Shown piece by piece: positions 24,901 to 39,899 of a stretch of DNA of 64,000 bases. The DNA is from Eledone cirrhosa (lineage: Eukaryota): NCBI GenBank assembly GCA_964016885.1, contig OZ024747.1:42532001-42596000 (forward strand), in the 5' to 3' direction. Numbering within the stretch: position 1 is the first letter of the stretch; the number at the start of each line of letters is the position of its first letter. The notes under the pieces are model-generated. The model was not told the DNA's origin, searched no databases, and was given only the letters and a program-made list of their open reading frames with translations. Position numbers and translations under genes: made by a program.

Positions 24901-27544
24901 GGGCAAGCATTGGGCTGGAGTACAGACATTGCACAGCTTGAGGGGGTGGTCATAGAGGTGGCCTTGAAGCAAAAGGAGAGTATGTGACATATTGCGTGAT
25001 GTGCTTGACTTCTGTTGATGGCCTAAAAGTGGTGTTAAAATACTGCTTAAGGTGGAGGAGTGGAGCCACCCTTGGAGCAAGTGAGTGGGTAGAGTCTGCC
25101 ATTTTGAGATATAACAAGCCTCTTTGGCTGGGAAAGTGTCGGGTGAAAGGGTTCAACAGGGAAGATAAATCAGTCAATGTTTGTCCTAGCTTTTGATGCT
25201 AGCATGGGTTGGACAAAGAAGTCAAGAGTATATTAGCAAATGAGGATCTGAGAGTTGCTCCATCCCTCTACTTCTTTGGGTTTAGGGTGGAGAGGGGACA
25301 TCTGAGAAATAGGCAAAAATGTAAACCATGTTTATAAACTGAGCCAGCTAATCAACAGATTGTTTAGATGTATTTGAAAAATCAACCTCCCATTTTACCA
25401 TTGATTTTTTGGTCACACATTCCTCAGTTTATATTCGAGTATGTATGGTATATATACAGAATATAATGTACATCATCTTCTTCACCCTCTTATTTCTGAG
25501 AGAGTTACAGGACCATACTCCTTAGATACCCCTTCTGACTCCCCACAAGACCAACCAAGTTTATAAAAGTTATCTAACCACCCAGTTTGTGGTCTTCCTT
25601 TGAGTTTCCTGCCAGTTCAGTTTGCCTGTAAAAATGTCTTGTAAGTCTTCCCTTAGACATTCTAATGAAAGGACAGCTTGTATAACATACATATATACAC
25701 ACATATATGTATATAATGTATCTATACACAAACACACACATATGTATGTAATTATTTGTTACAAATCTGACAACAGGATAAATTTTTTTAGTTTCTGAGT
25801 AAAAATCTATGCCTGGTTTCAATATTTCCTACTTCAAATCTATGTTAGACATTGATTTTACCCGAAGGCAAAATGCCTGAACAGTAATGACATTGCTGGT
25901 TGTCATTATAATGTTAATGACATAAATGAAGGATGACAGAAACATCACACTTGGAGTTTATAGTGCTTATTTCAAATATTTAATAACGTATATATGTAAA
26001 CATGGGTCTGTACCTCCAGATGGAGTTAGAGAGGCATCATCAGGGCACATGGTGTTTTGTGCATTCTAAACGTGCAGGAGCACATCCCTCTCCAAGAGAA
26101 AATGAAAAAAAGATATACCAAAAGAATAACCCCAGTACAGGGCTTGTACTTTCTTTTTTATCAACCTTGAAAGAATGAAAGACAAAGTTGACATTGGCAG
26201 AATTTGAACTCCTAGGACCCAGAAAGTCAGAATAAATACAACAAAGCATTCAATTGAAGTTTAACAAAGACTCTTGTCTATGTAGTCACGGAAACTATCA
26301 TATCACCATTGGCAGTATCGGTAGAGGGTTGGACGCCATGCTTTCTAGTATAGTTACGTCCCTTTATGGTCTGAGTTCAAATCCCGTCGAGGTTAACTTT
26401 GCCTTTCATCCTTATGGGGTCAATAAAATAAAGTACCAGTAATGTACTGGGTAATTGCTGGCCTTGTGCCAAAAGTAGAAACAATTATTAATTTATGTCA
26501 ATATACAGGAAAAATATCCTTCTACAATCTTTTACTGTGTTTAATCCTTTTGTTAGCATAATTTTAATGAAAGACACTGCCTATAATTTTCAAACTTTTT
26601 AAATAATCAAGAATTTTGAGAGATTTAGTAAAATAACTTTCTCAGAATTAAGGTGGAGTTTGGAACATAACAAAAGTTCTTATATAAAATTATAATGGAA
26701 AGTCCTTAAATAAATAAAGGTCGAAATAATTCTTCAGTTGTGTCAAAGGCACAACAACCTCTCTAGTGTTGGCGTGAAGATGATAAAACATATGAAGTAC
26801 AATCTGTAAAGTTGTTGGTGGTAGGAAGGGCATTCAGTCGTAGAAAATTTGCATCAAAGGCATGACAATCTTTCTAAAGTTGGCACCATGATAAAATGTG
26901 TCGGTCCAACACTTGTTAGCAGGGAAAATGATGAGCTGCGAGATATGGTAAAATAACTTTCATAATTAAGCTGGTGATTAATATAAAATTATGATGGAAG
27001 GTTTTTCGATAAATATAAACACTTTAAAATAATCAGCTTTGTATCATAGAATCAAGGGTAGTTTAAGATGGTTTAGTATCTAAAAGGTTTAAAAAGTAAT
27101 GATTACACATGCCAAGGGAAAGATCTGTTATAGTCACTATGTTCTAAGTAGCAATCCAGTTGCCACTTACAAACTCCTTACTGTCTTTAAATTTGGAACC
27201 ATATGTTTAAAACTCAGTACAAAAAGAGGCATACTGAAAATAGAAAAGCTACATGATGTGACACAGTTTCCCTTTAATTTTATAAATTATATACTACTAT
27301 GTGAAGGCACACTGCTTAGTGGATAAGGCATTCAGCTGAGGATCGAAAGGTCGTGGGCTCTATTGCTGGTGGTAGTGCATTGTATCCTTGAGCAAGACAC
27401 TCTTCTACATTAGTTTGTTCAGCTGGTAAAAATGAGTTGTACTAGTAATTTAAAGGGCCAACCTTGTCATACAATGTGCTATGCTGAACCTCTCTGAAAA
27501 TTACATTAAGGGTACAACAATAAAGCCAGAGTTAGTATATTTAT

Positions 27545-27910
27545 GGTAATGGAAAGTGTCCCACAACTGGGACCTGCTAGCCTTGACCATAGTGATCACA
27601 AGCACTCAAACGGTGTAGCCCTCTTCCTGCTCTGTGACCTGCTCTCTACTTCTAGCCTTGTCACTTTGGCCACAAAGCCAGATATTGCTGATTGTAATGC
27701 AGAGAATAGGAAGATAGCCAAATATTGCGACTTGACTGATAGCTTCCTTCAGTCATCGTTGAGATATCTGGTGTAACTTGGTCTCTAAACTGCAGTTTTC
27801 CTTCACAAAATTGGGAGGGATGTATCTTATCTGAGCAAGAAGGGCTGTGATGTGGTGTGGCTGGAGCAGCAGGTGTTGCTGGCTGTTCTTCACAGCAATG
27901 CCATTGAAAT
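27545..27910 (+). mobile_element. Remnant of a CRE-like non-LTR element, restriction-like endonuclease region
   Basis: SVPQLGPASLDHSDHKHSNGV (cf. EP.GL.R.DGKRPDG) and AENRKIAKY.DL motifs. Confidence 0.62.
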
Positions 27911-28404
27911 ATATCACATTTTCATTAATTCTTTTTTTTCTCTTTTTCTTTATTGTTAACATTATATAATGCAGCTTTTATACATTGTTTCAGAAGTTGA
28001 AAAATACATCGTGACAAATTAATACTTAGATAACTCTAGCTAGGAGGGAAAATAGATGTGTGATGATGATGATATACTGTTAAAAAATGTTACTTATGTA
28101 ACAAAGTGCTTTGTTTCAGTTTATTTTTTTTAGAAATTTAATGTAGCATATTTCAAACAATCTACAACAGATCATTGATATAGTAATTATAAAGGAAATG
28201 ATCTGCTTCAATATATTCCTTAATATAATTGTTAGGAGAGAAATAAAGCTTTTTAGCTATATTCCTTGTAAATATTATATTATATAAAACATTTCATCAC
28301 TAAAAATCCATTCCTTCAACAAAACCTTCCCCCATTACCTGCCAATCAAAACATAAATATAAATGAAAATACAAACTTAAATGTAGTTTGAATATTTTTT
28401 AAAA

Positions 28405-28444
<40 letters not shown>

Positions 28445-31274
28445 GTATTGTTATTATGACTATGGAGACTAATGCAGAGAAACAGAAATATATGTTGAAA
28501 GCTGTGTAATTAAAAATGAATTATTGTCTGGTTCCAATCTGAACATAATTAGCAGAATATTGGAAGTGAACAGGCAGAGAAAACATTTGTTCAAAATAGA
28601 AATGGAAAAAAAAAAAAAAATTACAACCAAAAATATTTAATTCTTTCTTCGAAGATCTTTAAATAGGAAAGTTTCCATTTGATGTGAAAACTGTTCATTA
28701 TGACAAAACATTTTGCTATCTAATTGGTTGCTATATTATGTAAAAAAAAAAGTAGATGAGAAAAAAAAGTGATGAAAATTCTATTCCATTAAAAATAGCT
28801 AAAGCTGAAATTTCCTGATTGGGGAGAGAAAGTAAGTATAATTCTATAAATGCCACTAAGAACAGTAATAATATAATGCACATACACTAACTCTATTTGT
28901 TATTAATAGAGACTGGTTACTTCAAAGTTTTGCCAACATTATCATCATATTTATGTTTATGTATTACAGTTTATATACACACACCTCCCATGTCCTAACT
29001 CCCTACCCCTCTCCATGCTCCTAGCTCTACCTCCCTAATCCCCATGAACCACCTCCACCAAAGTCCCCAGTTAACTCTGTCAAAAGTCATGACAAAAAGC
29101 ACCCAATCGACACTGTGAAGTAGTTGTGTAAATGTCACAACACAAAGTGCCCAAACCCACACTGTAAATGTGGTTGTGTTGGTGACATGACAAAAATATC
29201 CCAGCCCACACTGTAATGTGGTCATGTAGGTGTCACAAGAAAAAGCACCCAATACACACTGTAAACGTAGTTGGCATTAGGAAGGGTATTCAGCCATAAA
29301 AACCAAGTCAAAATCAGTTCTATATGAGCAAGACATGGTCATCTGACGTATCTCACAATGGGAGAACTCATCTAACCTATGCTAATGGGAAAAATGGATA
29401 TGAAACGGTAATGATATAATACATACTGAGAGAGAGAGAGACTATTCATAATTTTCTTCTATTTATTCATCTGATGGAAAAGTGGAAATGTCCATAACAA
29501 TTTTAGCTGATCGAGATAATTTCTTTCTTAATATTTACCTTATTTTGTTTAACTTGTTGAAAGTTTCCAAGTCTTAGAGAGATGATAAAATTATAAAGAA
29601 ATTTTAGTGAAAAAATATTATTAAAGATATGTTTAATCTCACTATTGCTTTTTTAACTTCATCAAATATATTTTTTTTTTCGAACAAATTTTTGCTAACA
29701 CAGAGCACCACAAGCCTTCTTAAATTATAATATTTTAATTCTCATATTTCACTAGATTTCAGCAAATAAAAGTCATAAAACCCTTTATAGAGCTGTAATA
29801 GAAAAAAAGAAAGAAAAGCTGTATGCCTTTCCTCTCTTTATTCCATCAATGGCTATTGTGATTTTATCAGAATCAACAAAGTAATTGATTTTTTTTATGA
29901 GTTAGGATTATTTTTTTTCCAGATAATGTTTTAAAATGATGTAGAATTTTATCCACAAGGCTAATTGTTCCATAATTTAGTATGAAGTTAATTTTTTTCC
30001 CTCTGCTATAAATTGGCTGTTATTCATGGTTAAGATATTTTTTTCCCAGAGTTGAAGACTGATGGGTCTATTGTATCAGATAAAAGCAAAGATCTTTCTT
30101 TAATCCTATAATGATATTATATGTGTATAGTCATAAAACTAATTTGTATTCAAAAACATAAAACTCACTGTTGAGTAGGTAATGAATGTGTAGAAATGTT
30201 TTCTTTTCTGTTGTTTTTTTTAAAGTTAAATGACTTATAGATAGTTTTTACCAAGTTCTTTACGTACACAACAATCAATAAACTGACCCATAAAGTCTTG
30301 GTGATACATATAGACACACATATACAGGATCTCTCCCGCCGAGGTTAACTTTGCCTTTCATCCTTACAGGGTCGTTAAAATAAAGTACCAGTAATACACT
30401 GAGATGATTGCTGGCCTTGTGCCAAAAGTAGAAACAATTATATATATCATCATCATTTAACGTCCGTATTTCCTGCTAGCAAGGGTTCGACAGGTCCTCA
30501 CAGACCAAGTCAGTACTTAAGCAGAACTACTGATCTTTCAGACCAGCCTGCATTTCCCTTACATATGTTCCCACACTCAATCAAGTGCTCAGATGGGCCT
30601 GGGACCAACATCTTACCAACATTTGTATGCTTTATCAGGTGCATTTTATCATGGCACCAGCACTAGAAAGGTTATCATGCGTTTGATACAGCTGAAGAGA
30701 CCTCTTGATGGGCAGGTATTTTATTGCTGGATGCCCTTTCTATCACCAACCACGTCACAGCGTATATTGAGTGCATTTATGTAGATCATCAACACGTGTA
30801 TATGCAGAAAATATTTATGAATTTTTACATACAAACACACAGAAACATGTAAAGATTATGTATGAATTCATTCACACACTTACACACACACATACATTTG
30901 CCAACAAATTATGCATATATATGTATTTATACACACATATAGACATATAAACACATAGAGATAAGTTAGAGGGAAAATGTGTGTGTGACGGAAAGAGAAA
31001 AATAATGTGAGGCAGAGAGAGAATGTAAAGTAAGTTTCAGAGAGAAAGTTGATAAGTGCTCTACTTTGTCATTTCAGAAAATGAAAATGTTTTAATTCTT
31101 TTATTTCTCATCTTCAAGTGTTCCACTCCTACTCTATTAGAACCTACAGCCTTTCTGCAGTTCATATTTTTAATTTGTCCTTATTCCAGATGTGGCAGGA
31201 TATTACAATTTTTTAATCCATTGATAATTCTGAGATAGATTTGGATCTCAGTGCCAAATTTTGAAATAATTTGA

Positions 31275-31412
31275 TTAACCCTTTAGCATTCACATTATTT
31301 TATATATACTATTATATTTACATCGGTCTGAGCGACCAGTTACAGCCAGTTTCAACAAAAAGAGATAGATAATTCTGGCCGGTTTTGGCCAGTTTGAACA
31401 CTAAAGGGTTAA
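31275..31412. mobile_element. piggyBac-type MITE
   Basis: TTAA at both ends; TIR CCCTTTAG..CTAAAGGG. Confidence 0.75.
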
Positions 31413-31459
31413 ACATAGTGATATTATGTTGTTTCAAGACAATCAGATATATTTTCATG

Positions 31460-32070
31460 CTAATTACATCATTTTACATGTTTTTCTTTTGTATATGTAT
31501 GGATCTCCCTGTACTTGTGTTCCTTCATCAACTCATCTGTGAGGTTCAGTCCCATGAGATCAGCTCTTACCTTCTCTATTTTGGTTTTCCTCTATTGGAG
31601 GTGGGGTGGGGGTTGTCTCTTGGCACTTCTTCAAGCAATGATCACCATCCATACGTGTCACTTGTCTATACCAGTGCAGCCTTCTCCCTCGCACACTATA
31701 TTTGATTATTCGTATACCAGCTTTTCTCTCAGTTCATCTGTACTTCATCTTTCATGTACATTACATTACACATCTATCAAAGTATGCTTATTTCATTTCT
31801 CCCCAGCTTTTGCGTAACCTCCATATGTACTGCCTATGTCTCATGCAAGCTTCATACAACCTGCCTTTTGTTCATGGAGAGAAAACCTTTGTTGACTAGT
31901 AGCTTCCTGATATATTTATGTCCTCTAGCTCTAATTCTAGCTAATATGCTTCCTCTTCTGTTGATTAGGTCACCTATGTAACAGAAGTTGTCAACTACTT
32001 CTGTGGTACCTTCCTGGAATTGGAACAAGTTTATTTCACTGGTGTTTTGAAATACCCTGTTACATATACA
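31460..32070 (-). mobile_element. Old RTE 3' fragment
   Basis: Antisense of EVVDNFCYIGDLI and KGFLSMNKRQVV-like remnants. Confidence 0.7.
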
Positions 32071-33137
32071 TCTAATCTAGTTATCTCCACTTTGCATTTT
32101 CTATCTTATGAGAAAGAGGATTGATATAAACAACTAAACACCTTTAAGGTGGCATCCCAGTATGGCCAGAGTCAACACATGTATATATTTGGAATTCATT
32201 CACATAAACTAGTTGCATACATTGAAAGTAAGTAAATCCCATAAAAGATCCCATTAGAAAAGCTTACAAAATTGAGATTAGCTGTTTGATAGTATTGATT
32301 CTGTCTGTATTGATTTATTAGTTAAATAGAGGAACATTCTCTGCAACAAGAGCAGCTATAAACAAACAACTTATCACTAACAATAATAATAAAGAATTTG
32401 ATTTATAAATTAGAAGCTCCTAGGATAGGTTTGTATGAGAAGTATCAGTATTCTAGTGAATTTGTTGTAGAACTGGTGCAGCTCGTTCATACATTATGCA
32501 CTTAACAATGGTAACTGCAGCAATATCATTTCTTTCTTTTATGCATTTGCAGTCAAAATTGGAAAAGATTTCTTTTTCAGAATATTTCAATAGAATTGTA
32601 AAAGTTGAAGAGAAAAGAAAAAAAAATGAAAAAACAATACATGAATATTCAATGGAAAATAATAAAAAACTAAAATTATTTCAGTAGGGTGAAAGATTTA
32701 GTCAATTAACTCAATGTCCTGTACCTTATGAAACTGCATTTGCTAGACACTCTTCAAAAGTACAAAGGAATATTATGACGGCATCACATTAAAAATTAAA
32801 GTCTTTATTTTAATTTACTGCAAATTTTTTACAGCTATCTGTCAACTAGTAAAGATACTGTAAACATTTGAATTAACAAATTCATTTTTAGATATTTTTT
32901 GCTAAATCATTACAGGATGTTAATTAATGATCTTTCATATACAACATTTATAAAAATTACAGTTTCAGTTTATAGAAAATTTTCACAATGATCTGTTCCC
33001 TAGTAAAGATACTATGAAGATTTGAATTAAAATACCTGCTTTTGAATATTTTCTGTTAAATCATTTCAGAATGTTAAGAGTTAAGAGTAAATCTTATTGA
33101 ACAGTAATTAGTTGTTAATTGATGTAAAAAAACCTAC

Positions 33138-33261
33138 CCCTGTTGAGAAAATAGGATGCTTGCTTAAAATGTTTTACAGTCAATGTTAACTTCTCTCCAG
33201 CATTCTTCAATGCTTGGACCACTTCATCGTGTGTTGCTATTTCAACACTAACATTGTTCAC
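33138..33261 (-). CDS. SNTG1: Gamma-syntrophin-like exon, PDZ C-terminal half (VNNVSVEIATHDEVVQALKNAGEKLTLTVKHFKQASYFLNR)
   Basis: TTTTCAG acceptor and GTAGG donor, phase 0/1. ATHDEVVQALKNAG is the syntrophin PDZ helix motif. Confidence 0.93.
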
Positions 33262-36261
33262 CTGAAAATAAACATAGGTTTGTATTAAATCATTTATTTT
33301 ATTACAAGGGGGGGGGGGGGGGTGATGATGAAGGTGATAGCACTTATTTCTAATGAGCCCTTTCATTCAGGTGTGTAAAATGTAAAATCAAATCTGGTTA
33401 TATATTAAGATTTCGGGCAGTTAAAAGACAAATGTGCCTGAATATAATTTTTCTCTCTGATAATGTCTCAAACATAAAAGGAAGAAAAAATGGTGGGATT
33501 TGAACTCAGAATGTAAAGAGCTAGAACAAATATCACCCAGTATTTTGTTTGACAGTAAAAATGGTTTCTGATTTAAGCACAAGATCAACAATTTGGGGGG
33601 AGGGGGAGGTGAAAGTCAATTAAATCAACCTCTGTGCATTACTGGTACGATATTTTATCAATCCTACAAGGATGAAAGGCAAAGCTAACCTTGGCAGGAT
33701 TTGAACTCAGAATATAAACAGTCATATCTATATGCTGCAAAGCATGTTGTCCAACACTACCAATACTACCAATCCACCAACCTATTCTAATAATAAAAAT
33801 AATAAATAGATAAATAAAAGAAAGTAAATAGGAAATGAAAACAATAAGAAATCTTAAGATGAAATCTCCTTGCTGTACGGAAGCAAGGATTTGATACTGA
33901 AATTAATCCAGAGATATATTAAATATAAAGAAAGATAATAACAACAATAACAGGATTCCTGAAATAATAAAAACATAATAAAAAATAAAAATCCATACAC
34001 GCACCTCCATAATCGATATATAAAAAACAAAACATATTTTACTTCAAATCAAAAACAAAATATATAAAGGGAGATGAAATAAGTAGTATATTGATTTATT
34101 TACTGCTAGTCACACATTGAGATATTATCAGTTCTACTACAAGATTGTACTTAGTACAACTTTGCAAGAAAGATTTAATGGATAAAAAAAAATATAGATA
34201 AAAATGAAAATAAATAATTGTTTCTACTTTTGGCACAAGGCCAGCAATTACCCCAGTGCATTACTGGTGCTTTATTTTATCTACCCAGTAAGGATGAAAG
34301 GCAAAGTCAACCTTGGCAGGATTTGAACTCAGAACGTAAAGGGCCGAAACTCAATGCCACGATGCATGTTGTCCGACGCTCTGCTGATACTGCCAATCCA
34401 CCGAAAATAAATAATGTAGTTTAGAGGTGTTCGTTCTTTTCTTTTTAGTATTACCAGGAGAAATATTGCCCAATGAGCTGCGTTTTTCCTAGTTTACATT
34501 ATATGTATGTAGCAAAATCGTAGATTAGCCATGTATGTTACTATGGTTATCTTCATAATGTATGCATTGGCATATTAATATTCATTAATTCTGGTGCCCA
34601 GGAACAATTGGAGGTCTTTTTTGGGGAAAAAAGTAGATGCCACTAGTTGATGTTTTTTTTTATTTAGTTGCAGATTTTGATAGAAGTAGAGCTGGCAGTG
34701 GCACCTCACCCCCTCCTCAGGTCAATTGGCAGACTGCCTGTCATGTCTATCATCTCATATTCTAAATTATTGTTCACATCATTAACCTATCTGTTTCTCT
34801 TTCATATGAAAATATCTTCACAGAGTCTGTAATTAACAATTTTGCTTCATTGATGTTTAATAATTGTCTTATTGTTAAACTTGATTTTCACGAATTAACC
34901 AAAGATTATTTTCTATATCACCACCAAGCCCATTATATATACTAACAGAAAAACCATCCTTCGGGTGGTTTTCTGCTAGCATGTGTAGAGTGTATATTGA
35001 TATTATACGCAAGTATATATGCATGTAGATATGATTAAATAAAATCGTAATTGACAATATAAACAGAAATTGAACGAAGACTGCGTTACACTGTCTTACG
35101 TAATCAGTAACGTAATCCATGATACATTAAAAAAAAGACGATATTATATATAAACTGCATTAGGAGAAAATTAGTGACAGAAATATACGAATATTTATTT
35201 AAACGATCGCTAACCAGAAGTGTTGACATTTTGAAATTTTAAAGAAGTAAATCTTTAAATAAGTAATAAAATATATTTAATGAACAGCCACGAAATTTAG
35301 TAGATAAATTATGTAACATTCATTCATTATTTATTCAAAGTAATCCAACTTATTTTACTAAGGGGATAAAAAAATTATAAACCGTACACAGTCCCGTGCT
35401 TCTTACTTTATTATAGTTTAGATTATCTCAAAATTTGTGTACCTCTCTAATTTAAGGCAGAGGTAGTGATTTGCAGGAAATATGGTTAGTATTTCTAGCA
35501 GGTTGATCAACTGTGCAGAGTCCTTACTTTGTTGTCTCAAAATAAACTTCATTGTTGTTGCTTAGTCTCACATTGGCCCTGATCAATCATGAAAGATCTA
35601 TGATGAAAAGTATTTTAGTGATAACCATCCTGTCATTTTGTATATCAGGAACTACATTGTCCAATATATCTTTTAATTAAGACTAGAGAACTTGAGAGAT
35701 TTTGCTGCTATTTTCAACAAGTCAAGTAACTGTGATATGTAGAAGCTCTGTTAAAAACCAGAAGTCAATCAACATACATAGACATCACCTTAAACGAGGA
35801 AAATATTGTTTGACAGAGATACAAATGGCAGATTAAACAATAAACTGGTGCTCTCTCTCTCATACTTTTTTATTTAATTCCTTCAAAGACATGTTTGGTG
35901 TAAGTGGCAGATAAAATATGAGTTACTTATGAGTGTGATATGTGGGCAGAGGAAGAGCTGCTCATATTTTAGTTGAATATATAATTATATATATAAGTTT
36001 CATTATAATAAGGGATTTACAAAAATTATTAATTATTAATTATGTCATTACCAAGTTAGTAACTCTACATTTGGTTCTTATATAAAATTATATTGGAAGA
36101 TTTTAATCTAAACAAGAACCTTTTAAAGTAGGTGGCTTTGATTTGTAGAAGCAGAATCGGTTTTGACCAGGCTAGTATCAAAGGATTTAAAGAAAAAAAA
36201 AATTCTGAAACTGAAATATCACAATAAAAGTGTTGTAATATAGGTATTTGTAAAAAGTTAC

Positions 36262-36420
36262 CTTTAGAATGGCATCACCAACAAACAGTTGAGCTGATCG
36301 ATCAGCAGCCAGGCCTTTAACAATACGGGATATAAGAACTGGTAATTTGTGCTCAGCACCACCTTTTACACTCAGACCAAGCCCTTCATCAGCTTCTTTG
36401 ATTATTGTAACAAGTCTGAC
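36262..36420 (-). CDS. SNTG1: Gamma-syntrophin-like exon, PDZ N-terminal half ([53 protein letters not shown])
   Basis: 159 nt, TAG acceptor and GTAAC donor, phase 0/0. [19 protein letters not shown] is the syntrophin PDZ signature; GAEH is typical of gamma-type. Confidence 0.93.
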
Positions 36421-36634
36421 CTATAAGAGAGAATAGAAACATTTTAAATTTGAGAAGAACACTGTCATTTATTTTATTTTATTTCCATTTTATATAACAA
36501 AATGGATCATCATTACCATTGTCATCATCATCATCACGTGCATTGACAGATTGTAGTATTTAAGTCAGTCATTAGAAAACAATTGGATGTCAACAAGAGA
36601 CCTAAGCATTTCCTCAAAATGTTTACACTTTCTA

Positions 36635-37320
36635 TCATCATCATCAATTTACATTCGCTTTTCCATATTTACATGGGTGCAACAGGATTTCTCCCAACAA
36701 AGCCCTCCATGTATAGCATACCCTCTGTGAGATCCAGAGCTTTGAGATTAGTTCTAACCACCTCTACTCAGATTTTTCTCAGTCTTCCTCTACTGCAGAT
36801 TTTTTCCTTTGGCATCTCCTGACACTTCTTTACCCAGTGTCTATCACCCATACACATCATGTGTCCCAACCAACACAATCTTCTCTCTTGAACACTACCT
36901 CTGATTACTCTTATACCTAGTTTTTCTCTCAGTTCATCTGTGCTTCTCGATTATGCATATTAATGCTACACATCCAACAGAGCAAATAGCTATAATGAGA
37001 TGCATTAACATTCAAATATTATAGCCAATTCTTGAACTATTGATCAACAGACATTTTTTATTCAAAAGGAAGTTTCTACTACCACCACTATCACAGTTGC
37101 TACTAAATTCATCGCTGTATTCATTGTTAACCTTCACCTTGCTGACTGCTCCACAGTACATAGCTTGTATAATCCTTACAAGCCACTCATCAATGTTCAA
37201 ATCCTTAAGCAGCCACCAGATTACACAACATGGAATTCAATCAAAGGCCTTTTCCAGGTTGACAAATGCTAGGTATAAGGCTTAGTCTTTGCTAAGTACT
37301 TCTGCAGTTGTTTCATTAGG
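36635..37320 (-). mobile_element. Old RTE fragment(s)
   Basis: NIDEWLVRIIQAMYCGAVSKVKVNNEYSDEFS plus 3' tail remnant. Confidence 0.78.
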
Positions 37321-38430
37321 AAGATGGCATCAATAGTGCTTCTCCCTGGCATAAAGCAAAACTACATCTAAATAAAGGAAAATTAAGAAAATGAATATAT
37401 TTGAAGAAATGAAGGTCACATAGTAAACAAAACTCATCATTATTATCAAATAAAGCACGAGTAATGTACGGGGGTTGATTTAATTGACTTTCCCTCCCCT
37501 TCATATTGCTGGAATTGGGCCTAAAGTAGAAACAATTATCATTGTTATCATTTAACATCCATCTTCACTGCTAGCAAAAGTTACTAACCTCTCAGATGGG
37601 CTACTAGAGGCATCTCACTTATGTTCCCTCCTGAGTGTATTTTATCATGGTTCCAATACTAGAGAGGTTGTTATATATCTTTGACACAGCTACTAACCCC
37701 ATTTTTTGGGGGTGGGGCACAGGTTTTCTATGGCTGGATGCCCTTTCTATTCACAGAGTGTACTTGTATATTTATCATGTGGACCACTAACACTAGGGAG
37801 GTTATAATGTCTTTGACTACAAATGAAGAATGACTACAAATTAACTGTTGTTGCATCTATAGACTTCAGCTGCATATTATATCTAAGTCTGACAGTAACT
37901 TCAACAACTATTTAAACAAGTCATTCCTAGAGGATGTGCTGCACATATGACTAACTACCTATTTTCTAAATATCGAGGAAACTTAACGATGCCTTTGGAA
38001 CTGGGTATTCTCATTTTGTAAATTGAAATCAATAAATACTTCTGATCGTTACATTAAATCATTGTGTTTTGTTTTTTAATTATGAAAACATGCAGCAGAT
38101 TTCAAATAAACAAATACATTTAACTTAATTTATATTCCAAGGATAAAGTATATCAATTTTATTCATAAAACTGTCATTGATAACGGCAGTTCTAAGAATA
38201 AAACAAGCATAAATCTTTCTTTCTAATGCTATCAAATTCAGGCTGGTTATCCTGACATCTTTGCAGTTATGTCACAGAATATAAAAATAATGCAGAAGGA
38301 TAAAAAAATTTCCATATCTTACTAGAGTCAAAAGATCATTAAAGTCAAAATGTTTTCTAAGAATGCTTTTAGACATGTGATTAATAAGCTATATTGCAAA
38401 TTGTTTCTAGCCTGAACCTAAACTAATAAT

Positions 38431-38629
38431 TGTTTCTACTTTAGGCACAAGGCCAGCAATTACCCAGTGCATTACTGGTACTTTATTTTATTGACCCCGT
38501 AAGGATGAAAGGCAAAGTTAACCTCGGCAGGATTTGAACTCAGAATGGCAAGGACCGTAACTCTATGCGTCAAAGCATGGCGTCCGACCCTCTACCGATA
38601 CTGCCAATCCACCGCCCTCTAATACCTAA
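38431..38629 (-). mobile_element. tRNA-derived SINE, same family, with 16-bp TSD
   Basis: A and B boxes; TSD aacctaaactaataat at 38415-38430 and 38630-38645. Confidence 0.9.
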
Positions 38630-38739
38630 AACCTAAACTAATAATGACACACATGTACACACAAACACGTATGTGCTGCACGGCAGTGTGACATGGGCTG
38701 TGAATGCAGAGGATACAAAGGCTGGAGAGCAACAAAGTG

Positions 38740-39365
38740 AGCATACTTTGATGGATGTGCAATGTTTCTCTCTCAGTTCATATATGCTTTGCCGTTCACA
38801 TATATCACTATAACACATCCATCGAAGCATGGCAGCTTCATTTCTTTCCAATCTTCGTAAGTCCTCAGCACACAACACTCAGGTCTCATTGTCATGCAAA
38901 ATTGCTGTTCATATACATGCATCATACAATCTCCCTTTCATTTTAAGGGAAAAGCCTTTTGTAGCAAGCAGTTACTCCTTGAATTTATTCCATCCCATTC
39001 TAATTGTGGCTACAGTACCTTCGGAACACCAATCTTTGCTGCTAATTTGGTCACCCTGGTAGCAGAAGCTCTCTACCAAACCTTCCCAGAATTTGATAGC
39101 ACTTGTTTTTTGTGGTCATTTGCTGTTTACTGCTCTGGTGTAATGGCCACATGTAAAACCTATGATCTTAGCTATACTACCTGAGATCCCACTACATCTC
39201 TTGTGTATCCATAGTTTGCATTTGGGACAGAGGATGGAATTTCTACCTACACCTTTCCTACATGCTGAGCAAGGCAAATTCCCCAAGGGGATCAAGGCTC
39301 TATTTTCACTTCTACTTACTAGGACCTTAGTATTTGTCAGGTTGATTTAGGACCCTTTGTTTCTA
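38740..39365 (-). mobile_element. Degenerate RTE fragment including the PHD insert
   Basis: Antisense of GNLPCSACRKGVGRNSILCPKCKLWIHKRCSG and EDLRRLERNEA. Confidence 0.88.
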
Positions 39366-39899
39366 GATCAACATATTTGTTCTCTGAAATGATCATAAAA
39401 TAACAGATTAATCAATACACTTAGTTCCTTTCATCCTTACGAGGTCGATAAAATAAAACACCAGTAATGCACTGGGTAATTGCTGGTCTTGTGCCAAAAG
39501 TAGAAACAAATAATTATTTCATTGTTTAACTATTTAACTCTGTGTATGTGTGTGTGTGTGTGTGCACGCACACACACACACACACACATTGTTAATTTTT
39601 CTTCTAATCATGAATGAGATTACTTGCCGATCGGTATGTTATGTAAAAAAGCCTCAAAGTAAAATGGTTTAACATTTTCTTAACAATTTCTGATAGCTAT
39701 AGCTTCTTTTCCAATTTAGATATTTTCTTCTAGGCAAGAAAGCGATCTAGACAAGAATGTGAAAGGGCATATATATATATATATATATGGGTGGGTGTTC
39801 TGAAAGTACAGTAGCCAGAGTGAGAACAGGATGGAAGAAGTGCAGGGAGTTACTACTGCTGCTAGCTATAAAAGGCTTTTCTCTCAAAATGAAGAACCA

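Noticed and set aside
24900-25200. GC-richer segment with short ORFs after the RTE tail
   Set aside because: No recognisable motif; probably an unidentified repeat fragment.
29539-29572. Possible 34-nt minus-strand exon
   Set aside because: Would shift the frame between the 33138 and 23119 exons.
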